NCBI GenBank assembly: GCA_963663235.2
Contig: CAXXNO010000004.1
Location: forward strand, 192,001-256,000
From: Dehalococcoidia bacterium
GTDB lineage: Bacteria > Chloroflexota > Dehalococcoidia > Bin125
Length of the DNA: 64,000 bases
Reading direction: 5' to 3'
Part shown: positions 37,634-45,429 of the stretch, one piece after another
Layout: the number at the start of each line of letters is the position of its first letter
Position numbering within the stretch: the first letter of the stretch is position 1
Notes under the pieces: model-generated
The model's database searches: none
Seen by the model: the letters and a program-made list of their open reading frames with translations, nothing else
What the model was told of the DNA's origin: nothing
Translations under genes and position numbers: made by a program

Positions 37634-39976
37634 TCAGCCCGTCACGGTGAACGCCGTCATGGCGGTTGCCGCGGGATCGGCCTGGGTGGCGGTCATGGTG
37701 AGCACCTCATCGATCTCGCCGAAGAACTGGTAGTTGAACGTGGCCGTGCCGGCCGCGTTCGCGACCGCCATCAAGGTGTCGCCGGTGACGATGTCCAGAG
37801 TGATGGTCGCTCCGGGCTCGGCGCCGACGACGGTGATGGTGGCCATGGTGCCGTTGGGGCCGCTGTCGGGGCTGACGGAGACGCCGAAGGGCGGCGGCTC
37901 GGTGATGGTGAAGGTGGCGAAGGCGGTCTGCTGATCGCCCGTCGGTCCGGCCGTGACCTCGAAGTTAAACACGTCCCCCGGCTCGCCATCGGCGAAGAAG
38001 AGCGAGAGGACGCGGCCGTCGGCATCGGCCGTTCTCACGTCGGTGCTGAGCAGAACGCCGCCCCGCAGGACGCGAATCACGATCGGGTCGCCGGGGAGGG
38101 CGCCGGTGATGATGATCTCGCCGGTGGTCCCGACGAGTCCCGACGATGGCACAATCGCCACCGCCAACGCTCGCTCCTCGATCTCCATCACCGGCTCGGC
38201 AGCCGTCCCGGTGATGGTGAACTTGGTGGTGGCCGTCTCGGTTCCAGCGGTGGCCTTGATGGCGATCTCGTCGCCGGGCTGGCCGGCGAACTGTTCGGAG
38301 GCCGAGGCGCGGCCGTTCCGGTCGGCGGTCAAGAAGTGCCGAGGCGTGCCAGCGACGTCGATATCGACGGCCTGGAAGGGGTCGGCGCCCTCGACGCTGA
38401 TCTCGCCGGTCGTCGCGGAGGGCCCGCTGGCGGGCGTTACCGTCACGGTCAACGTCTGCGCCGCTCCAGCGCCGGCCTGGGCCGCCTGTGGCAGCCAGAG
38501 GAACTGCAGCGTGGAGGTGAGCCAGTAGACCCCACCGCTCATAAAGCTGGTGAAGCCTTGCAACGTATCGTCGCGGCCGGGCACCCAAAGCAGCCAGCTG
38601 GCGACCGGGTCCAAGTACCAAATGCGAGTGACGTAGGCCAGAGCGTCAGCGCCGAGAACGTCCGCCACGGGGGCAGTGACGCCCGCGTACCCATACGGGT
38701 TGGAGCCACGGTAGAGTTGCGCGCCTTCGCGGCCGGTGATCGTGAACGTCGCGCGGACCTCGATCTCGCCGGTCGGCAGGAGCCACTCGATGGCCCGGAT
38801 CTCGATGGTGTCGCCGGGCTCGCCGCGGAACGTGTCCTGGATCTCGATCACGCCGTTCTCGTCGGCGACCTCGCCAAGATTGACGGTGGGCAATTCGCGC
38901 AAGGCCACCGACCCGCCGGGGCGCACGCCGGTGACGCGAATCGTCGCGACGGTGCCGCTGGGGCCCTCGGATGGCATGATGGTCACCGCGAGGCCGGCGG
39001 CCCCGCCGCCGACCACTCCGCCGCCCTGCTCGCCGTCTTGCGGCAGGGCGGTGATCGTGAACTGGGCCGAGCCGGTGCGGTCATTGCCACCAAAGCCGGC
39101 CGTGGCGTCGATCGGGACGACGTCGTCCACTTGCCCGTTGAAGGTGTGCGTGGTGGTAGCGCGGCCGTTGGCGTCGGCGGTGAGGTTGGTCGAGCCCTGG
39201 CCGATCTGCAGAGTGATGGGTGCGCCGGGCTCAGCGCCCTCGATGGTGATGGTGGCGGTCGTGCCGGTGGGGCCGGAGTCCGGAGACACGGTCACCGTGA
39301 GAGCGGCGGCGTTGCCGTCGCCGGCTGCCACCGGGAAGAGCCAGCGGAAGCCCGCGGTGGTGACGAACCAATAGAGCTGTCCGTCAACGAACTCCGGCGG
39401 GGGCTGCGTGCTCAGATTCGGGGGGAGGGGAGAAAGCGGCCAGACGAGCTGCCACTGCTGGGTGGCGGCGTCGAAGGTCCAGATCCGTTCGACGTTGTCG
39501 AGGTTGGACCCAAGCGCGGTGTCGATGCTCACGGTGGGGCCGGAGTAGACGACGGCGCTGCCGCCGGCCGCGACGTCGACGCCGGTGGGGCCTGCGGCCT
39601 TGATCGTGAACTGCGTCGAGGCGGTGGGACTGTCGGCCGAGGGCCCCGCCTGGGCGCTGATCGGGATCACCTCGTCGGGCCGGCCGAAGAACGTATGGGT
39701 GAAGGTGGCGTTGCCGTTGGCATCGGCGATGCCGGTGGTCAGGCCCCGGCCGATGGTCAAGGTGATGGGGTCGCCGGGCTGAGCGCCGCTGACGGTAATG
39801 GTGGCCTGCGTGCCGGAGGGGCCCTCATCGGGCGACACCATGACCGCGAGCGACGAGCCCCCCTGCGCGTGCGGCCCCGCATCCGCAAGCAGCGCCGCGA
39901 GCAGCATGGCGGCAAGCAGTGCCGCAACGACCCCGACCCGGTGTATCCGTCTGGCCACGACGACCTCCCTTATCAT
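37634..39976 (-). CDS. Secreted protein with six Ig-like repeats and two Trp-rich modules
   Basis: Signal peptide; six LxVxVsPxSGPxGT..TI repeats; RIWTFD..W and RIWYLD..W modules. Confidence 0.75.
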   Translation of the reverse strand: MIREVVVARRIHRVGVVAALLAAMLLAALLADAGPHAQGGSSLAVMVSPDEGPSGTQATITVSGAQPGDPITLTIGRGLTTGIADANGNATFTHTFFGRPDEVIPISAQAGPSADSPTASTQFTIKAAGPTGVDVAAGGSAVVYSGPTVSIDTALGSNLDNVERIWTFDAATQQWQLVWPLSPLPPNLSTQPPPEFVDGQLYWFVTTAGFRWLFPVAAGDGNAAALTVTVSPDSGPTGTTATITIEGAEPGAPITLQIGQGSTNLTADANGRATTTHTFNGQVDDVVPIDATAGFGGNDRTGSAQFTITALPQDGEQGGGVVGGGAAGLAVTIMPSEGPSGTVATIRVTGVRPGGSVALRELPTVNLGEVADENGVIEIQDTFRGEPGDTIEIRAIEWLLPTGEIEVRATFTITGREGAQLYRGSNPYGYAGVTAPVADVLGADALAYVTRIWYLDPVASWLLWVPGRDDTLQGFTSFMSGGVYWLTSTLQFLWLPQAAQAGAGAAQTLTVTVTPASGPSATTGEISVEGADPFQAVDIDVAGTPRHFLTADRNGRASASEQFAGQPGDEIAIKATAGTETATTKFTITGTAAEPVMEIEERALAVAIVPSSGLVGTTGEIIITGALPGDPIVIRVLRGGVLLSTDVRTADADGRVLSLFFADGEPGDVFNFEVTAGPTGDQQTAFATFTITEPPPFGVSVSPDSGPNGTMATITVVGAEPGATITLDIVTGDTLMAVANAAGTATFNYQFFGEIDEVLTMTATQADPAATAMTAFTVTG

Positions 39977-40159
39977 GCAGGCGCAGGAACGGCTCGCAAG
40001 CGGCCCACCGCCGCAGCGGAGCGCGCCCGCGGCGAGTCCTGGGGGATCTTAGGAGAACGGGAGACGGAGCGCATCGGCGCCGGGGCATCGGACGGTCGTG
40101 CGAGTATTGACGCCTCGCGGCGCGGACACCTAGCCTCGGCCGAACTATCGGAGGCAGCA

Positions 40160-41710
40160 ATGACACTCCTCTTCCGTCGTTGGTCTGGAGCCCTTGGCGT
40201 CCTCGCACTGGTCGCCGCCGTCGTGGGGCTCTCCGGTGCGCCGGACCCGAGTGCGGCCGCCTCGCCCGACGTTCGCGCGCAACAGGTCGACGAATCGGAC
40301 GGCGCCCTCACTCTCAACGACGGCGGCCAGTTCGTCTTCTGGTCCTTCGGGCCCTTCGACGCTGCCAACATCTTCGGGACTGTCAAGATCGCCTGGCTCT
40401 TCGACCCCGGCGCCGTGACCTGGACGGCCTTCATCCCCGCCCTCGGCACCGTCAACTTCCCCCTCGCCGATGGCGACGTGCTCTGGATCGTCTCCGAGGG
40501 CGATCAGGTCATTGACCTCGCGGGCGACGTTGTCACCGCCGACGATGGCAGCGCCACCCTCACCATCCCCCCCGGCGCGCTCCCCGAGGGCGTCTCCCCG
40601 GCCGACATCCGCATCCTCCCCGCCGACCGCGGCGAGGCCCTCGCCGCCTTCGAACTGCTCCCCGATGGGCTCACCTTCGCCGCGCCCGTCACGCTCACAC
40701 TGAGCCTGGAGGAGGGAGTGGAGGGCGCGGTCATCTTGCTGATCTCATCGGATGGCGCGGTGGAGTTGCTCGACACGGCGATCAGCGAGGATCCTGAAAC
40801 CGGCGGTCTCTCCCTCAGCGCCAGGCTGAGCCACTTCAGCTTCTCCTACGGGATCGATCTCATGGGCGTGATGGACACCGACCTCGCTCTCGCGGACGCC
40901 AGACCACAGGTCGGCGAACAGTTCGACGCCACGGTGGAGATCGACTTGGGCTCCGGCGCGTCGGGCACGGTTCCGGACCCTCTCACCGGCGAACCCCTCT
41001 TCGTGTTCTTCCAGCCCGTTAGCGACGCGGGGTTCCTCGCCGGTGGGCGACTCACGGCGGAGGGCCCGCTGGATCCAGCCACAGTCGATGATCTCCCTGC
41101 CGACCGCTCCGATCCCGGCACAACCGCGCCCTTCTTCTTTGAGCGCGCGATGTTCACCTGCCTGACGCCCGGCGCCTTCAGCCTGAATTACGCGGGCGAG
41201 GCTGAGTTGACGATCGGTGGCTCGGTGCTGCCAGAATCGGGTGATCTGCGGTCCCTGAAGCCGCGCGTTGTCACGGTCCGCCTCCGGGACGTGGTCCGCG
41301 ACGAGTGCGGCCCCAACCCCACCCTCGCCTGGGAAAACGTCTACACGCCCTTCGACGACACCAACGTCTACACGGCCGGGCTCCTGGATCCGTTTGATGA
41401 ACTCGACGCCGACACCAGCACGGTCGAGTGGATACTCATCAATAGTGTCTGCGGCGATCCCCGGCGCACGGGCGAGTTCAGCTACGCGTACTCTCACGGC
41501 ATCAACAGCGCCGACGGGGAGGGCCCGCTCTCCTCCTGTAGCCTCCCGCAGGAGGAAGTCTTCAGCCTGGCGTTTGTCGTCACGCTGACGCTCCGCTCCG
41601 GCGGAGCCTGCGAGTTCAGCTACCTCCAGGAGACCGCCCGCGCCCTGCAGAACCGGGGCCCACAGAACGTCCAGTGGACCGGCTTGTTCTGCGACCTGCC
41701 GGGAGGTTGA
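40160..41710 (+). CDS. Secreted protein: Trp-rich module, ZU5-like domain, unknown C-terminus
   Basis: ATG 40160 after GGAGG; signal peptide; LTIPPGAL...PDGLTFAAPVTLTL...SHFS. Confidence 0.75.
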   Translation: MTLLFRRWSGALGVLALVAAVVGLSGAPDPSAAASPDVRAQQVDESDGALTLNDGGQFVFWSFGPFDAANIFGTVKIAWLFDPGAVTWTAFIPALGTVNFPLADGDVLWIVSEGDQVIDLAGDVVTADDGSATLTIPPGALPEGVSPADIRILPADRGEALAAFELLPDGLTFAAPVTLTLSLEEGVEGAVILLISSDGAVELLDTAISEDPETGGLSLSARLSHFSFSYGIDLMGVMDTDLALADARPQVGEQFDATVEIDLGSGASGTVPDPLTGEPLFVFFQPVSDAGFLAGGRLTAEGPLDPATVDDLPADRSDPGTTAPFFFERAMFTCLTPGAFSLNYAGEAELTIGGSVLPESGDLRSLKPRVVTVRLRDVVRDECGPNPTLAWENVYTPFDDTNVYTAGLLDPFDELDADTSTVEWILINSVCGDPRRTGEFSYAYSHGINSADGEGPLSSCSLPQEEVFSLAFVVTLTLRSGGACEFSYLQETARALQNRGPQNVQWTGLFCDLPGG

Positions 41711-41713
41711 GCG

Positions 41714-41836
41714 GCCGACTTCACCGTGCCCGAGGAGACCCGCCTCACGCTCGACGGCCTGCGCGCCTTCGTGCGCGCCGAGGTGGAGCCGCGTGAGGAG
41801 CAACTGCGCGACGTGCTGGACGATCCGCGCCGCCGG
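41714..41836 (+). pseudogene. Remnant of the 5' end of an acyl-CoA dehydrogenase-like gene
   Basis: ADFTVPEETRLTLDGLRAFVRAEVEPREEQL...DPRR, then similarity stops. Confidence 0.45.
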
Positions 41837-41837
41837 C

Positions 41838-43060
41838 CTACGAGCCGGTCGCGTCCTCGGGGGGCATCGGCGATCCCGATGCGTCGCTATCGGTCTCCGC
41901 TCCGTCCGCCTCCGCCGGGGGGGGGGGAGGGGGGGGCGCCCACCCCGGGAGATCACGGCGTAGGGGTCGGGTTGGTCCTTGACGGCCTCGACGAACTGGA
42001 TGATGTCGGACGTCGCCGTGTACTGGCGGTAGGTGGAGAGCGCGACACGAACCGGGGGGTCGCGATCGGTGTAGTAGCCGTACTGGTCGATGCGGCCGGC
42101 GAGCGCGGGGAAGGCGAGCTGCATGAGTGCGCTCACGCCGGTCTCCTCAGCGTAGTTGTCCGCCAGTTGGTCGAAGGGCCCGTCGTAATAGTCGTTCCGG
42201 CGGACGTTCAGCAGGCGCACGCCGGCAAACACCTTCCGGCCGAGTGAATCCTCCCAGAACGCAAAGCCGCTCCGCCGGCCGATGAGGAGCTCCTCACCGA
42301 ATGCGTCGAGGACGTCGGGCACGTCGCGCTCCTCGTTGAGCACCCAGATGAAGTAGTTGTCCTGCTCGTTGAAGAGGAGATAGAACTCATAGCCCGATTC
42401 ATCGAAGGTCCGCTGCACGAACCGTTCGTCCGGAAGGAGGAACAAGGCGTCGGGCAGCGTCTGGTCAAGCGGATGGAGATGGAAGATCACGCGCTTGGCT
42501 TTGAACTCCACGGTGTACGTGAGCGGATCCCGCTCCGTCACGAGGACCCCGTCCTCCTCCGAGAAGAAGCGCGAACCGCTGAGGCTCTGGCTGCCGAAGG
42601 TGGGAAACTCGATGAACTCAAAATACCCGAACGAGAGCACGCCCTCCTCCCGCTGCCCGGCGGCGAGACGGATGTTCCCCCAGATCTCGCGGCCCTGGAC
42701 GTCCAAAATGAAGTAGTAGTAGTTCTCCGAGGGGTAGACGATCACCTCGTCCGGGAGCCCGGCGAATACGGTGGCGAAGACGCTCGCGGGCTGCTCCAGA
42801 TCGACGCCGTCGGCGCGGAACCCTTCGACCAGCACTTGATTGAACGTCAGGTAGGCGCCGGGGGCGGCGCTCACATCGCTGCCCTCGGGCGGTGGCGCTG
42901 CCTGGGGGGCAGACGCCGAATCGACGGTGGTCGCGGTTTCGGCGGCCGGGGCGGAGGGCGCATCGGGAGTGTCTTCGTCCTGACCCGACGAACAGGCGAC
43001 GGTGAAGGCGGCCACGAGCGGCAGGAGGAGCCCGAGCACATAAAGCGGGCGCAGGTTCAC
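41838..43060 (-). CDS. Uncharacterised lipoprotein; frameshift in C8-T-C11 tract near 3' end
   Basis: Lipobox FTVAC; aromatic core YPSENYYYF, GNIRL, YYDGPFDQLADNY; acidic tail ending at TAG 41838 lies in another frame. Confidence 0.7.
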
Positions 43061-43301
43061 GGAAGCACACCTCCCTCCAGATGCCGGTGTGCGGCGACCG
43101 CCCGCAGCGCCGACGGGATCGGCGACCAGCCGGGATCACCGCCTTGCCCCCCCGACCGAGCTCGACATCAGAGCGCCGGGCCTGCGCGGTTAGGATAGCC
43201 ACGAAGCCTCCTTGAAGTATCTCCGATGCGGCTGCTGGAGTAGAATCGCGCCGCATCCGACTCGGCACGGCATCCAGACCGGGCCGCGGGGCGGGTGAGG
43301 G

Positions 43302-45326
43302 TTGGAGTGTCCGATACGTCGTCGCCTCCTTATTCTCGGCCTGCTGGTTCTTGGACTGTCCGCCATCGCCGGAACGGTCATCGTCACGCAGCAGTCCGGC
43401 GATAGCGTCCACGCGGGTCCGGGCGGCCCCGGTCCCGGTCCCGGCGGCGGCTGCCCGGCGGGGGTGGCGATCGACGGGGGAGGGGGATGCCCCGACGGCG
43501 GCCTGATCTGCCCGGCAAGCACCGGCGGGGGAGGGGGATGCCCCCCCGACGACGGCGTGATCTGCCCGGCGGGGGTCACGCTCAAAGGGGAATGCCCCAG
43601 TGGTCGTGACGGCGGCGGTTGCCCCCCGTTGCGGACCGGCGGCCAGTTCGCCGTCCCTGGTCCCAACGCCGATCCCCCGCTCGGGGTGGTCAAACCGGAC
43701 GGACTCGGCGGCGGCTGCCCCGACGGCGGTGTGATCTGCGTCGCCGGGGATAGCGGAGGGCCTCCCGGTCCCGTCTGCCATGACGCGGCGCTAAGCGGGA
43801 TCCACGATGCGGCTCTGAGCGCCACCCATGATGCGGTGGCGAGCGCCCTCCACGACCCGACTGGCAGCGCTCTTCACGATCCGGGTCTCAGCCTGGTCCA
43901 CGACGCTGTGGTGAGCTCTACGCACGACCCGGTCCTCAGCGTCATGCACGATCCCGCACTCAGCCTGATCCACGATGCGGTCCTCAGCGCGGCCGGCCCG
44001 GTCTGCGGGGGAGACCTCGTCGTGCTAGGAGAAGTCGACGGCGGGGGCAGGCTCCCCAGCTGCGACATACACGGGGGCCTTTTGAGCGACCTGCATCTCC
44101 CGGACGCGAGCCTGGAGCACGATCCAGCCCTCAGTCTCGTCCATGACCCGGCACTGACGGGCAGCGGCCACAGTCCGCTCCTCAGTGGCGGGCACGATCC
44201 GGCAATCACCGCCATCCATGCGCCCTTCTCCACCGCACTCCACGACCCGGTTCTCACCGCCGTGCACGACCCGACCTCGACCGCCGGCCACGACCCCGTA
44301 GCGAGCGATCTGCACGGTGCGGTGATCAGTGGTGCGCACCTGCCGGAGTTCAGCCTGGTGCACGAGCCGCTCCTCAGCGCCACGCACGATCCCGACTTGA
44401 GCCTGGTGCACGATCCGGCTCTCACCGCCGCGGGCCCGCTCTGCGCGGCAGGCGTCCCGGCCTGCCATGACCCGGTGGTCAGCCCGCTCCTCGGGCTCCA
44501 TGACCCGGCCCTCACTGCCCTCCACGACCCGGCGCTGAGTGCTTTGCACGATCCTGGGATCAGTACGCTCCACGATCCGGGGGTGAGCGTTCTCCACGAC
44601 CCCGTCCCCAGTAGTGTCCACTTCCCGCTCGTCAGCGGTGGACATGCCCCTGTAGACAGCGCCATCCACAATCCCGTCGCGAGCGCCATCGGGGGCGACC
44701 CCCCAGTCGTCGACTTGTGCGCTCTCTTCGGCTTTTGCCTTGGGCCCGCAGCCGCGTCCTTCGCGGACACCCTGCCGGCCGGGCTGCACAGCGCACAGCT
44801 CGGGGGCTGCGACGCTGCGCAGCTCGCGGACGCGGAATACAGCGTGACCACGCTCGACGACGCGACCTCACTGGAACTGGGCTACGGCATCGGTGGGCAA
44901 CTGGCGACACTGGACGCCTGCGTGCAAGTCTTGCTCCCGGCCGACTTCACCTTCACCGACGGCTGGCAAGCGCCGCCGCAGGGCGCCGTATTCGATTTGG
45001 ACGAGAGCCTGGAGGGGTTGGAACTCGCGGCCATCGGCTCCGTGCTTCCAGCCAGTCTCGAAGACTGGAGCCTCGACTTCTTCCTGCCGGTTGATTCCGG
45101 CGAGGTCCTTGCCTTGGTCACGGGCGGGCAGTTCCTGTTCTGGCAGTTCGGGCCGGCGAACGCGGCCGATGTGTTCGGCACGGTCAAGATCGCCTGGCTG
45201 TTCGATCCCGTGGCGATCAGCTGGATCTCGTTCATTCCCGCGTTGGGCATCACCGACTTTGCGCTCGACGCCGGCGCCGTGCTGTGGATCGTGTCGGAGA
45301 CCGATCAGGAGATCGCCATCGGCTAG
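43302..45326 (+). CDS. Secreted Cys/Gly-rich and His-octapeptide-repeat protein with C-terminal Trp-rich module
   Basis: Signal peptide; GGGCP..GG.IC repeats; 33 H-D-P-x-L-S-x-x units; C-terminal module shared with the 40160 gene. Confidence 0.8.
   Translation: MECPIRRRLLILGLLVLGLSAIAGTVIVTQQSGDSVHAGPGGPGPGPGGGCPAGVAIDGGGGCPDGGLICPASTGGGGGCPPDDGVICPAGVTLKGECPSGRDGGGCPPLRTGGQFAVPGPNADPPLGVVKPDGLGGGCPDGGVICVAGDSGGPPGPVCHDAALSGIHDAALSATHDAVASALHDPTGSALHDPGLSLVHDAVVSSTHDPVLSVMHDPALSLIHDAVLSAAGPVCGGDLVVLGEVDGGGRLPSCDIHGGLLSDLHLPDASLEHDPALSLVHDPALTGSGHSPLLSGGHDPAITAIHAPFSTALHDPVLTAVHDPTSTAGHDPVASDLHGAVISGAHLPEFSLVHEPLLSATHDPDLSLVHDPALTAAGPLCAAGVPACHDPVVSPLLGLHDPALTALHDPALSALHDPGISTLHDPGVSVLHDPVPSSVHFPLVSGGHAPVDSAIHNPVASAIGGDPPVVDLCALFGFCLGPAAASFADTLPAGLHSAQLGGCDAAQLADAEYSVTTLDDATSLELGYGIGGQLATLDACVQVLLPADFTFTDGWQAPPQGAVFDLDESLEGLELAAIGSVLPASLEDWSLDFFLPVDSGEVLALVTGGQFLFWQFGPANAADVFGTVKIAWLFDPVAISWISFIPALGITDFALDAGAVLWIVSETDQEIAIG
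43779..44690 (+). repeat. Degenerate 24-bp coding repeat (HDPxL[S/T]xx) in blocks of 9, 15 and 9
   Basis: His recurs every 8 residues (two longer units); blocks are separated by Cys-containing linkers. Confidence 0.92.
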
Positions 45327-45429
45327 CGAGGCCCGATTCGTCACCGCGGCTGCCACGCGTCCGGCCAGCCTCGTGCTGCGCGACGGAGCGGCGATGGGCA
45401 GCAGCAGCTCGTTGCAGACGCCGCCTGCC

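Noticed and set aside
37277-40159. 1477-aa ORF 37277..41710
   Set aside because: The first ~960 codons are the antisense shadow of minus-strand genes; the real gene starts at ATG 40160 with an RBS and signal peptide.
40745-41837. 771-aa version of the lipoprotein
   Set aside because: The extension is antisense to the 40160 gene and arises from the G-tract frameshift.
43779-44690. Possible CRISPR array or non-coding tandem repeat
   Set aside because: Units are 24-bp, in-frame and synonymously diverged, with no spacers and no cas genes.
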